NCBI GenBank assembly: GCA_963726255.1
Contig: CAVSBL010000002.1
Span: 224,001 to 288,000, forward strand
DNA: 64,000 nt
Source of the DNA: Candidatus Bathyarchaeota archaeon
GTDB taxonomy: Archaea > Thermoproteota > Bathyarchaeia > 40CM-2-53-6
Direction: 5' to 3'
Program-made: the position numbers and the translations under genes
Shown here: positions 19,408 through 29,341 of the stretch, one piece after another
Position numbering within the stretch: position 1 is the stretch's first letter
How the letters are laid out: each line of letters begins with the position of its first letter
The notes under the pieces: generated by a model
Told to the model about the DNA's origin: nothing
Database searches by the model: none
What the model saw: the letters and a program-made list of their open reading frames with translations, nothing else

Positions 19408-20364
19408 GTGGCTCCGATGAAACTAGTCGTAGTAGACCATGTGCACCTTACAGACCGTCACATTCAACAACTTCGCCGAATGGGCGAGCTGCAGGTCTTC
19501 GGTGACCCGCCGAAATCCGATGAAGAATTGAGGGAGAGAATGCGGGGAGCCGACATCGTGATAGTTGGCTGGAGCAATATTACGAAAGAAATTCTCGAGT
19601 CGGTCCCAAACCTCAAGATGTTAGCGATCTGGGCTACGACCTGTCATTACGTAGACCTCGAAGCTGCTAAGAAACGAGGCATCGTCGTCACACACGTCCC
19701 AGGCTACGGTACCGAAGCAGTGGCTGAACACGCCTTCGTCCTGCTGCTCGCGACAATTAGAAAATTGTTGCTGGCTGACCATCAGATCAGAGAGGGAAAG
19801 TTTGATTGGCGGCCGCTCAAAGGAGCAGAACTTGCTGACAAAACCATAGGAATCGTTGGTACCGGTGCAATCGGCTGCAGAGTCGGCGAGATAGCCAAAG
19901 GTTTTCGAATGCGCATCCTAGGCTATGACATCACGCCAAACCACAAGAAGGCCCAAGAAATCGGGATGAAATACGTTGACCTTCAAACCTTGCTGAAGGA
20001 AAGTGACATCATAAGCCTGCATGTCACCCTAACCGCCAATTCAGAACATCTAATCGGAAAGAAGGAGTTTGAAATGATGAAGAACGGCGCTATCTTGATC
20101 AACACTTCTCAAGGCAAGGTGGTTGACGAGAAAGCGATAGTCGACGCACTTATTTCAGGCAAATTGTCCTGCGCTGGGCTAGACGTTTTCTCGCAGGAAC
20201 CTCCAGCCCGAGACAATCCACTGTTCAAACTTGACAACGTGGTTCTCACGCCTCACATAGGCTTCCACACAGGCGAAGCCGTGGAGAGATGCAGTGACAT
20301 ATGCGTTGACAACGTCGCGAAATTCTTGGAGGGACGCCCGCAGAACATCTGCGCGTCACCTTGA
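19408..20364 (+). CDS. D-isomer-specific 2-hydroxyacid dehydrogenase
   Basis: AVAEHA, GIVGTGAIG, LDVFSQEP and TPHIG motifs. Confidence 0.93.
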   Translation: MAPMKLVVVDHVHLTDRHIQQLRRMGELQVFGDPPKSDEELRERMRGADIVIVGWSNITKEILESVPNLKMLAIWATTCHYVDLEAAKKRGIVVTHVPGYGTEAVAEHAFVLLLATIRKLLLADHQIREGKFDWRPLKGAELADKTIGIVGTGAIGCRVGEIAKGFRMRILGYDITPNHKKAQEIGMKYVDLQTLLKESDIISLHVTLTANSEHLIGKKEFEMMKNGAILINTSQGKVVDEKAIVDALISGKLSCAGLDVFSQEPPARDNPLFKLDNVVLTPHIGFHTGEAVERCSDICVDNVAKFLEGRPQNICASP

Positions 20365-20506
20365 AACATCAAAAGCCTATCAGGCCCTTCGCTTCACACT
20401 CATCTGAACCGGTTACGATTCGAGGCAAATTGGTTCCTAGTCGTGAAAATAAGTAGATTAGCAATAAATACGTTCATAACCGATATCAATCATCGAGGCA
20501 AGACTA

Positions 20507-21340
20507 TTGTCTGAGAAAAAATCTCGTAGAGGATTCGTCAAAACTGTCGGCGTTGGCGTCGGCGGCCTAATTGTCGGCGCACTTGCAGGTACGGCCGTCG
20601 CACCGATGATGACGCCACCTCCACCCAAAGCCAAATGGGCCGATATGCCCCCCGCCGGGTCTACGATTGTTCACGGTATGGACGCAGCCTATCCTCCTTT
20701 CACACAGATTGACCCTTCCGGCAACGCAGTAGGGTTCGACGTTGATGTCGTGAACATGATCGGGCAAAAATACAGTTGGAACATCGTGCACAAACCATGG
20801 GACTGGTCAGCAATTATCACAGCGGTCCAGTCTGGCGACCTAGACTTTGTCGCGTCAGGGATGACCGACACCGCAGCTAGATCAGAGATCGTGTGGTTCA
20901 GTGTTCCCTACTACAGTTACATTCACGAGCTGATCGCACTAGTAACCGACACTAGGACAAAAGACCAAATTCTCAATTCGGGATCATACGTAGCGTGCCA
21001 AACAGGTGCCACATCAGACGAGTGGGCTACGAAACTCTTAGCCAAAGGCTACACCTTCCAAAAACTCGGGCTTGATTCCTACGAACTCGCTTTCAAGGCA
21101 GTAACAGACGGCAGGGCGGTCGCCGTGATCAGCGACAGTGCCTTCACTGGGCCATACTTCAAGAGCCAACCGGACCAAGCGGCCAAGTTCAGAGTGGTTT
21201 CAACTATTGGGGGCGATGCAACGTACGGATACGCCACAAGGCCAGGCGACTTTGGGCTTAGAAATGCAATCAACCACGCACTAGAGGACATAATGGCGAC
21301 TACCGACTGGCAGGATTTAAGGGACAAGTGGAGCGTCTAA
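20507..21340 (+). CDS. Polar amino acid ABC transporter substrate-binding protein (Tat signal)
   Basis: SRRGFVK; YPPF, GFDVD, SGMTDTAARS and FSVPYY. Confidence 0.92.
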   Translation: MSEKKSRRGFVKTVGVGVGGLIVGALAGTAVAPMMTPPPPKAKWADMPPAGSTIVHGMDAAYPPFTQIDPSGNAVGFDVDVVNMIGQKYSWNIVHKPWDWSAIITAVQSGDLDFVASGMTDTAARSEIVWFSVPYYSYIHELIALVTDTRTKDQILNSGSYVACQTGATSDEWATKLLAKGYTFQKLGLDSYELAFKAVTDGRAVAVISDSAFTGPYFKSQPDQAAKFRVVSTIGGDATYGYATRPGDFGLRNAINHALEDIMATTDWQDLRDKWSV

Positions 21341-21416
21341 GCAAACCCAAGACTGAGCTTCCTCACTCCCACATGAATGGGAGAAAACACCGCGAACTGT
21401 CTTTGGCCGTGAGTTA

Positions 21417-22079
21417 ATGGCGGCGTTTGCGGAATTTCTCCCGTACATTCTTTCTGGTACTGTTTGGACTCTTGGTTTAGTCGCGGGCGGCATAGGGATA
21501 GGATTCGTAATCGGTCTCGTCATGGCCATTGAGCAAATCTACGGCGGCCAGGAAGCAAGGGCAATTATTCATGCATATGTCTGGTTTTTCAGAAGCATTC
21601 CACTTCTAGTGCTTCTCTTCCTATTCTACTGGGGTGTATTTCCAGCAACCGGTTTCAAGCTCGATCCTTTGGCGTGTGGCATTGTGGTTCTTGGGCTGCG
21701 AAGCGGGGCGTACCAATCTCAGATTTTCCGCGGGGCCATATTGTCGCTTGGCGATACTCAACTACTAGCTGCGCGAGCTTTGGGCATGAGCAAGCCGAGA
21801 GGCGTATTTCATATTGTCTTGCCTCAAGCGCTTCGAATCTCAATGCCGGGCTGGTCGAACGAATATTCTACCATGATCAAAGACTCGGCGATTACCTTTG
21901 CCTTGGGTGTCCTTGAAATCTTAACGAGGACAAGGTACGTTGTTAGCGCGACACATGAAGCGCTTATACCGTATTTCTTTGCCGGGGGACTCTTTCTAGT
22001 CCTTACGTACGCCGGGACCAAAGCCGTCAACATGGTCTACGAACGAACAAAGATACCCGGCTTGGTTGGGAGGCTGTGA
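21417..22079 (+). CDS. Polar amino acid ABC transporter permease
   Basis: FRSIPLLV; AARALGMS EAA loop; LPQA. Confidence 0.93.
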   Translation: MAAFAEFLPYILSGTVWTLGLVAGGIGIGFVIGLVMAIEQIYGGQEARAIIHAYVWFFRSIPLLVLLFLFYWGVFPATGFKLDPLACGIVVLGLRSGAYQSQIFRGAILSLGDTQLLAARALGMSKPRGVFHIVLPQALRISMPGWSNEYSTMIKDSAITFALGVLEILTRTRYVVSATHEALIPYFFAGGLFLVLTYAGTKAVNMVYERTKIPGLVGRL

Positions 22080-22080
22080 A

Positions 22081-22845
22081 ATGGCTGAAACAAATGTGGT
22101 GCTGAAGGTTGAGGGTCTGGAAAAGAGCTTCGCAGGCAACAGAATTCTCAACGGTGTGTCCTTCGAAATCGACCGAGGGCAGATTAAGGTAATATGTGGC
22201 CCAAGTGGCTCTGGGAAAAGCACGCTTCTCAGATGTTTGAATCTCATAACCCAACCCGATAAGGGGCAAGTATGGCTCGAAGGCCGGGAAATAACGAATG
22301 AGAAGGGCGACGTAAACAGGGTCAGGCAGAGAATTGGTTTCGTCTTTCAGGAATTCAACCTATTCAACCATCTCACAGCGCTGAAAAACGTCAGCATAGC
22401 CTTGGAGAAAGTCAAGAAGATGAGTAAGGACGAGGCGAACGACCTCGCCATGAAGGAGTTGGCAAGGGTCAACCTAGAGAACGACGCACACAAATACCCA
22501 GCCGAACTTTCGGGGGGACAGAAGCAGCGGGTTGCGATAGCCAGGGCTCTCGCAATGAACCCGGTAATAATGTTCTACGATGAACCGACATCCGCTCTCG
22601 ATCCTCACTTGATCGGCGAAGTTCTCGACGTCATGAAGAAGCTGGCGCAGGAGAAACTGACCAGTCTCGTCGTGACACATGAGATAGGATTCGCTCGTTC
22701 GGTCGCCGATGAAATCATGTTCATGGGGGAAGGTAAGATACTCGAACATGGGCCACCCAGTGAAATCATCGAGAACCCCAAGCATGAGGTTGTTAGACAA
22801 TTCTTCAAACGCATCAATGAACTCTACAGGAGGGACCAGCAATAG
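22081..22845 (+). CDS. Polar amino acid ABC transporter ATP-binding protein (GlnQ-like)
   Basis: GPSGSGKS, LSGGQKQR, DEPTSALD; ATG at 22081 after the permease stop. Confidence 0.96.
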   Translation: MAETNVVLKVEGLEKSFAGNRILNGVSFEIDRGQIKVICGPSGSGKSTLLRCLNLITQPDKGQVWLEGREITNEKGDVNRVRQRIGFVFQEFNLFNHLTALKNVSIALEKVKKMSKDEANDLAMKELARVNLENDAHKYPAELSGGQKQRVAIARALAMNPVIMFYDEPTSALDPHLIGEVLDVMKKLAQEKLTSLVVTHEIGFARSVADEIMFMGEGKILEHGPPSEIIENPKHEVVRQFFKRINELYRRDQQ

Positions 22846-23501
22846 CATTCTGGGACACCTACATTCCGCAGCTGCTTGCTGGGGCTCTAGTAACAGTCGA
22901 ATTGATCGTCGTATCCATCCCGATCGGCGTTGCGCTAGCAATCGTTCTAGGGGTGGCTCGGGTCTATGGAAACAAAGCTGTTTCCCTAGTCGCAACAAGC
23001 ATCGTGGGAGTTTTCAGGGGATTCCCAGCCATAGTGACCCTGTTCATAATTTTCTTCGCTCTTCCTGAAGTCAGAATTTATTTTTCACCGTACTGGTCGG
23101 CCGTTTTAGGATTCGTGCTTGTGACTGGCGCGTACCAGTCGGAGTATATCAGGGGATGCATACAATCAGTTCAGACTGGGCAATCGCTTGCAGCTCAAGC
23201 GCTCGGGATGAGTAAACCACAGGAAGTGATCCATATCATTCTACCCCAAGCGCTGAGAGCAGCGCTCCCGGGGATTACCAACGAAATCATTTATCTGATT
23301 CTCTACTCCTCGCTAGCGTCTTACATAGGCGTCCAAGAGATGTTCGGCGTAGCGAGGACGTTCAATTCTCTAAATTTTAGGCCGATAGAGATTTTTCTCA
23401 CGGCCGGCTTAGTCTACGCGGCTATTGCCACCGTCTGTTTTGTAGGTTTTAGATTAATCGAAAGGAGAGTCCGCATTCCCGGGTTGGAAGCCGCACGCTA
23501 A
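22842..23501 (+). CDS. Second polar amino acid ABC permease (probable ATA start at 22842; track start 22902)
   Basis: FRGFP, AAQALGMS, LPQA; upstream in-frame IAFWDTYIPQLLAGALVTVEL. Confidence 0.9.
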   Translation: MAFWDTYIPQLLAGALVTVELIVVSIPIGVALAIVLGVARVYGNKAVSLVATSIVGVFRGFPAIVTLFIIFFALPEVRIYFSPYWSAVLGFVLVTGAYQSEYIRGCIQSVQTGQSLAAQALGMSKPQEVIHIILPQALRAALPGITNEIIYLILYSSLASYIGVQEMFGVARTFNSLNFRPIEIFLTAGLVYAAIATVCFVGFRLIERRVRIPGLEAAR

Positions 23502-23514
23502 GGAGTGAGGCCGC

Positions 23515-24714
23515 ATGCATCTAACTCGTGAGGACGAGCAGATCCTGAAAGGAGAATTCGGGGCCGGCAGACAGGCTGCGATGGAACTGCTCGTGGCCAT
23601 AGGAGAAGCCTTTGACGCTCCAAGAATGATTCCCATCAACCGTGCACATGCTGCCTCCAGCGGCCAAGAAGGCGACCTGTACTTTGTTGAAATCCTAGCC
23701 AAAGGCGGCGCCTCATGCAAAGTAACTACAACAACAAACCCGATCGTGGACTTTGATTATTTTCAGCAAATCATGAACATGGCCGAGGAACACGATGAAG
23801 CCTCGGTGGCTTGGAAGACGAAAAACTATTACAAGCAAATTGGCGCAGTCATGAGCCAGTCTTGCATTCCTTACCTCGCTGAGAACATTCCAGAATATGG
23901 AGAACACGTAGCCTTCTCCGAATCCAGCGCAACCCCGTACGTGAATTCAGTTATAGGTGGACTAACGAACCGTGAGTCCATTCAGACAGCTCTAGCAGCG
24001 GGTGTACTTGGTGAGACACCTGAATACGGAATGCACCTGAAAGAAAACCGAAGGGGCACAGTCCGTGTCAAAGTTGAAGCCAACCTAAATGATGGATATA
24101 GCTACTCACTTCTGGGGCAATATGTGGGAAAGAAAATTGCTTCCGGAATCCCCGTCTTCACGGGCATTCTAAAGCGGCCCAGGATTGATCAATACATCAA
24201 CCTATGCGCCATGTTGAACGTGACAGGTGCGATACCAATGTTCCACATACCCAGCATAACGGTTGAGGCGAGAACTGAGGAAGAAGCTTTCGCCGGAGAC
24301 ATACCAATCGAGAGGATCACGGTCACCAACCGCGAACTTTGCCAAACTCAGGACGAACTTCAAACGGCAACTGGCTCAGTAAGTGTCGTTATCCTCGGGT
24401 GCCCTCATTACAACCTGGACCAATTGGCCGAGCTAGCCGGGCTCGTGAAAGGTAAGAAGGTTCGCGATGGCATGACTTTCTGGGTTAATACGTCCGCAAC
24501 GACTAAGCTCATGGCCGACAGGGCTGGCCACACTAATACCATCCAAGAATCAGGAGTCCACCTCGTAGTGGACACCTGCATAGACATGTTCTGCTGGAAC
24601 AACCTTCGGGACAAGACCGGAATGACCGACTCACCAAAATGCGCATACTACCGAAGGTTCGGTCCAGTCAAGGTTGGCACGATGGAAGAATGCGTTGCCG
24701 CGGGCATGGAATAG
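23515..24714 (+). CDS. Aconitase X large (catalytic) subunit, DUF521
   Basis: SCIPY, SESSA..YVNSVIG, GCPH, DTC and TDSPKCAYY. Confidence 0.92.
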   Translation: MHLTREDEQILKGEFGAGRQAAMELLVAIGEAFDAPRMIPINRAHAASSGQEGDLYFVEILAKGGASCKVTTTTNPIVDFDYFQQIMNMAEEHDEASVAWKTKNYYKQIGAVMSQSCIPYLAENIPEYGEHVAFSESSATPYVNSVIGGLTNRESIQTALAAGVLGETPEYGMHLKENRRGTVRVKVEANLNDGYSYSLLGQYVGKKIASGIPVFTGILKRPRIDQYINLCAMLNVTGAIPMFHIPSITVEARTEEEAFAGDIPIERITVTNRELCQTQDELQTATGSVSVVILGCPHYNLDQLAELAGLVKGKKVRDGMTFWVNTSATTKLMADRAGHTNTIQESGVHLVVDTCIDMFCWNNLRDKTGMTDSPKCAYYRRFGPVKVGTMEECVAAGME

Positions 24715-24718
24715 GGCG

Positions 24719-25141
24719 GTGCCGGAGTTCGTAGAAATCAGCATTAAGTGTCACAAGCTCGCGAAAGGATTTGGAGAAGGAGAAGCTTTGGTCTCCAAGG
24801 ATCCTATCTGCTTCTACCTAGTCGAGCCGAAGACCGGTATCGTTAGAGAGAAGGGGCATCAACTCGAGGGCAAGTCGATCGCGGGTAAAGTGCTAGTGTT
24901 TCCGACGGGAAAGGCGAGTTCCGCAGTCCAAATGGACGGGCTCGTCAAGTTGTTAATCTATAAGAACGCACCTCGGGCCATGATTGTAACGGATGTGGAG
25001 CCAGTTCTCTTGGGAAGCGCGGTTCTGACTAAGATCCCGCTCGTTGACAAACTGGAAAGGAACCCATTCGAGGCCATTAGCTCCGGGGACTTCGTGAAAG
25101 TGGACGCTGAGAAGGGTTCAGTTATCGTGACAAAAGGCTAA
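24719..25141 (+). CDS. Aconitase X small (swivel) subunit, DUF126
   Basis: GEGEALVS, GKVLVFPTGKASS, APRAMI; GTG start at 24719. Confidence 0.9.
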   Translation: MPEFVEISIKCHKLAKGFGEGEALVSKDPICFYLVEPKTGIVREKGHQLEGKSIAGKVLVFPTGKASSAVQMDGLVKLLIYKNAPRAMIVTDVEPVLLGSAVLTKIPLVDKLERNPFEAISSGDFVKVDAEKGSVIVTKG

Positions 25142-25488
25142 TCGAGAATTTCTCGCAAACCAAATGTTAGGACAGGCCATCAGCCCTACTGTTTCTTTGT
25201 GGACTTGATGGTGAGGCCGAAGGCTTTTAGTCCTCTTTTGAAGGCAGAGCGGTCGGCTCGCACCGCGCGTCTTCCGTGCGGGAGACAGCTCAAACCTTGT
25301 GCAAGAGTCCTCATACTTGGATCAAAAAACAATTCTTCATTGGCCCAAGTCATCCTGTTCATACCCGGATTTCTCCACCATCATTCGGGATGAGTAACAT
25401 AGTTTGCTCCTAAACAGGCGACACCCCCATCCCTCAGGGCTTGAGGGCACGGAGAAGATTTTCAGCACATGTTATACACGTGCAGGAT

Positions 25489-25505
25489 TGGTGGGGCCGA
25501 AGGGA
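25489..25505 (-). repeat. att-like copy of tRNA-Trp 3' end (internal boundary)
   Basis: 17/17 identical; followed by CACTGCG-TATA-CGAAGTG imperfect palindrome. Confidence 0.9.
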
Positions 25506-26065
25506 CTCACTGCGTATACGAAGTGGGTGTTACTCAATTGGGCCGTATTTCCTATGAGCAAGGCATGTCACTCCTTGAGCGACGATATACGCGGTCTTCC
25601 TCTTAGTGTTTGCGCGGCTGTCGGGCAATGTTGAGTTCAAATTGGTCTGCTCGCACCACTAGACCCACACACACAATTACTTGAACGACCGCGGGAGTTC
25701 AAATTCGGACGCCCGCGCCAAAATACCGCACACAAATGCTGCAACATGCTTGACAATCAAAGAGTGATCGGGCGCTAGCGACTTCGAAGGCCAGGATAGT
25801 TCTTGATTGCGAAAACCGAAAGTTGGTCGTCGCGAAGGCTTTCCAGTTCCCACGGTAAATTCGTCATTGGTGTTGCGGTTCCGAACGCTACCCATGATGG
25901 AGCAGCAGTTCCTCCAGTAGTTCTCTGAACGGCGTTGGCGACATTCTTTCCGAGCTTCTTCAAGATAAGTCAGATCGTCTGGCTGAGTGGTCGCCCCCAG
26001 CAGGAAAGTTTGAATCTGCAGATCACTGCTTAGTTAGACCCTGGAAGTACAGAGAGGAGAGCACG

Positions 26066-26410
26066 ATGAGCAACGAACAGGTGGCACCTGAGACGAAAGG
26101 TGTTACGGTGAAGTTACTTGCAACGGTTGACCTTGGCCCTGAGATCGAGGGCATGGCAGGGCGCCAACTTCGAATGCGTATGGTGACCATCGAGCCTGGA
26201 GGCGTCATCGGCCCGATTCACGACCATAAAGACAGACCAGGCACCGTCTACATACTGCAAGGAACGATCACTGACCATCGAAATGGAGTCGCTACGGACT
26301 ATGGGCCGGGAGTGGGCTGGCCCGAGGATAGGAACACCACACACTGGCTTGAGAACAGAGGAACGATTCCGGCGGTGGAGATCTCGGTCGACATAGTCAG
26401 GCAAGAGTAA
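26066..26410 (+). CDS. Cupin domain protein
   Basis: PGGVIGPIHDHKDRPG..YILQG and HWLENRG cupin motifs; GAGGAG SD. Confidence 0.92.
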   Translation: MSNEQVAPETKGVTVKLLATVDLGPEIEGMAGRQLRMRMVTIEPGGVIGPIHDHKDRPGTVYILQGTITDHRNGVATDYGPGVGWPEDRNTTHWLENRGTIPAVEISVDIVRQE

Positions 26411-26596
26411 GCTCAGGCCCTCTGGATCATACTACTGGGACTCACACTACTCACCGATCTTCGGATGGATGTTCACTGCCTGTCCGGGACTACTGAACTT
26501 TGCAGTTGTCGTTCGTCGTTCATGAAATTGTGTGTGTGGGGTATGCTGGTGCGCACACACACTTTTCTAACGAAGGACGTACAACGACAGTTCAAG

Positions 26597-27874
26597 TCAT
26601 TTCTTTACTAGCCCGTACCTGCTCTTGAAGTCGAATACGTTCACTACATAACTCGGACTGACAGCTTTCGCAATCCGTTCACTAGTCGAATCAGTTCTGA
26701 GTTCGAGCATCTTTTCTCCTATATTATAGCCGAGAGCCGCGAGAAGACCACCTACTGCGCCTATAGGACCAGCCGCAACTGTTCCCAATACTGCTATTCC
26801 AATCGTTATCCCTCCACGAATGAATCCTGTCTTTGATCCAATTGAGTCTGCTTCCTCCCATAATTTGTCCAAGATGTCTCCGAGTTTCTTCCCATTGGAT
26901 AGAATGTCCGAGTATTCTTCACTCTTGACTGCTTGGAGAAGGGAGGTTGATACTCCGTACAAATCGGTCTCACTGAACTTGTCACACATAGCTCTGCAAG
27001 CTTCATAGCTTGTAGGATAGGGAGCGAGCTTTTCCATGAGAAACTTGCCAATCTCTGCTAGGTTTGGGCTTGGAGCTTGTGAAACAAGAAGAGCCATGCC
27101 ATCTGGTGTCTTCATTGCAAGTTGTTCATGGCTTACGTTGTGAATTGCTCCAAAAATATCGAATGTTGGCTCCAATATCAATTGTACGCACAAGTTCGTA
27201 ACGTCCGCCAATTCTCCGAATTCGTCGTAGACCAATCTATCGCGAATGAATTCTTTCAAGTCGCGATAGCCCAAAAGCTCTAGCGCTGCGTATGTATCTG
27301 CAAATTTCTCCCACGCGGTTTTTGTTATATCGACTGCAGGGCCATATTTCCGCATGTAACGAGGGTCGAGATTTCGTCTGTTTGCGGTTGGGTATATGCG
27401 AATTCTGCAGAGAGTATCATATTCAATCAAAGCATCCCTATATCTTACCAGATCTGATGCGGAAAACTCTTCCTTATGAATTACGCCGTACCACTTTCGC
27501 GGCTTCAGGTCTAGAACCGGATCAAGGAAGTCCAATCCCGCATATTCCTCCGGGTCGCCGTTTAGAACAAATGCAACTCGCCCGGTATCCTTGGCAAAGT
27601 CTGCTAGACGGTCGACATCAGATGCATCAAACCCATGATATTTACTGAAATCGCCTTCTGAGTATGGCGCTACCGGAATTAGAAGGGTTCCAAAGAGCGG
27701 GATTTGCGGCCAAATACTCTCGCAGATCGCGCTCCATGCTATTGGTTCCCGAAGTTTAGGGTATCTCTGCGTGTAGTATGCTTTCATTTCAAATGGATCC
27801 ATTGATGACTTACTTAGTCGTGCGATTTCTTCACGTTCTTTGGCTGAGTAGTCTAACAACGATTCTTTATCCAA
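26597..27874 (-). CDS. Hypothetical protein with C-terminal Gly-rich hydrophobic hairpin
   Basis: 425-aa ORF between repeats; no recognised motif. Confidence 0.8.
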   Translation of the reverse strand: MDKESLLDYSAKEREEIARLSKSSMDPFEMKAYYTQRYPKLREPIAWSAICESIWPQIPLFGTLLIPVAPYSEGDFSKYHGFDASDVDRLADFAKDTGRVAFVLNGDPEEYAGLDFLDPVLDLKPRKWYGVIHKEEFSASDLVRYRDALIEYDTLCRIRIYPTANRRNLDPRYMRKYGPAVDITKTAWEKFADTYAALELLGYRDLKEFIRDRLVYDEFGELADVTNLCVQLILEPTFDIFGAIHNVSHEQLAMKTPDGMALLVSQAPSPNLAEIGKFLMEKLAPYPTSYEACRAMCDKFSETDLYGVSTSLLQAVKSEEYSDILSNGKKLGDILDKLWEEADSIGSKTGFIRGGITIGIAVLGTVAAGPIGAVGGLLAALGYNIGEKMLELRTDSTSERIAKAVSPSYVVNVFDFKSRYGLVKK

Positions 27875-28057
27875 GAGGTTGAGCCATTAGCCTCATCGAC
27901 TCAACACACTAAATAACTATTTTTCGTCGTCGGTATCCTAGTCCGCACGCCACGATGACGGTTCGATTTCTGTCGCTCGCACCATTGATACCACACACAC
28001 TAAATGACGGCAACTCAAATTACGCTACTCGCACCATTGGAATAGCCTGAAGGCGAA

Positions 28058-28350
28058 ATGAGCAATGAAGGAGAGCTAGTGGCCCAACGCATGTCAAAGA
28101 ATCAAGAATCAATTGATAATGCTTTTCTATTCTTGTTGACTTCGTTGACTTTGCTATTCGGAGTCTTGAACGACGCTGTTGACGGATTGCGAGCTGTTCT
28201 TCTTCAGATCCCGCTAATTATCTCAGGTTTCTTTTTTCCATTCTATATTGGCTACGTGCGAGGAGTAATAGACCCCGGTTCCAACGTAGAAAGGGTTCGA
28301 GGATGGATATTCTTTACATTTGGAGTTGCCACCTACGCATGGATGTTCAC
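28058..28350 (+). pseudogene. Truncated membrane protein gene
   Basis: Three TM-like segments, then the ORF runs into GC-rich non-coding-like DNA and repeats. Confidence 0.55.
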
Positions 28351-28805
28351 GGACTTCCGGGTTGTATGTTTCCGGGCCCGATTTCTGCTATGCGACACAT
28401 GCGGCCGGGTCCGGCGAAGGACCCTTGGCGGGTCTGACTCCGGAGGCCGGGCCGGAGAGGGGTTGTTAGGGGACACTTCCCCTAAACAGCAAACACCTAC
28501 ACCAACCGTTTCAAAGTGTGTGTGGATCTCTTGGTGCGACCGGCGCAATTTGAACCGCAGGGTCAAACGTAATTGTGTGTGTGCGCACCACTAGACCGGG
28601 GGTATAACATAGGGGCGGTTTTGGGGTGTCCACGTGGATGGGTTGGTGGGGACGTGGAAGTCCACGTGTACGCGAGATAATGAGACCTGCTTGACTACCA
28701 ATTGAATCGCTGTTACCAAAGTTTCGAAAAGCATGGAACACTACAGGTATGTTGATCTTTAGCCAAACCTCTAGGTGAGCTATAGAAAAGAACCTGTTCA
28801 GTCCC

Positions 28806-29198
28806 ATGGCGGCTTTGGATATGAGGAAGTCAACGATAATCTACGCCCTTCTATGGTTCCTAACTATTGTAGCGTTTTCTGTTCCATGGTACACAGTTGG
28901 TGGGCACACGTTTACCGGCTGGAATTTTGTCATTCCATTCTCAGCCAGCTATCTGATAGGCATCCTTCTGGGTCTCATAGTCCTGATTACTAAGCGATGG
29001 GCGTTTGGTCTTACCATTGTTGCAGGAATCTTGATGATACTGGGAATAGTAGGTGCGGGCATTGGCGGTGGAATAAGCGAAGCACTTAGCGGAGTAAGCG
29101 GTCAGACCACCACGGCCCAAGGTGGAATAGGTTTTGCTTTCGTGATTAGTTTGGTATACCTTGTCGGCGGAGCTGTTCTAGGTAAGCGAATGGAGTAG
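28806..29198 (+). CDS. Small four-TM hypothetical protein
   Basis: Four hydrophobic segments; PWY...TGW pattern. Confidence 0.75.
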   Translation: MAALDMRKSTIIYALLWFLTIVAFSVPWYTVGGHTFTGWNFVIPFSASYLIGILLGLIVLITKRWAFGLTIVAGILMILGIVGAGIGGGISEALSGVSGQTTTAQGGIGFAFVISLVYLVGGAVLGKRME

Positions 29199-29341
29199 CG
29201 ACTCGACAAACAACGGAAATAGGTTTAGCATGAGACATGGGGATTAAGGGTCCTTCCGCTGTCGTCGGATCTATTGGTGAGGTCCACGGGTACAACCGAG
29301 CAGAAATTCGTCGACTATCAAGTTGACTCTATGAATAGATG

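Larger units (their letters stand above)
25633..28597. repeat. Seven dispersed tRNA-3'-end-like repeats, consensus GTTCAAATT-N7-TCGCACCA-N7/8-CACACACAC
   Basis: Copies at 25633(+), 25695(+), 26515-26562(-), 27960(+), 28012(+), 28516-28556(-) and 28569-28597 (rearranged). Confidence 0.85.

Noticed and set aside
25677-25963. Short minus-strand ORFs next to the repeats
   Set aside because: Probably a gene fragment, but the family is not recognisable
25633-28597. CRISPR array or simple CA microsatellite
   Set aside because: Irregular spacing, both orientations, genes between copies and no cas genes; the CA tracts are a fixed-length part of a longer motif
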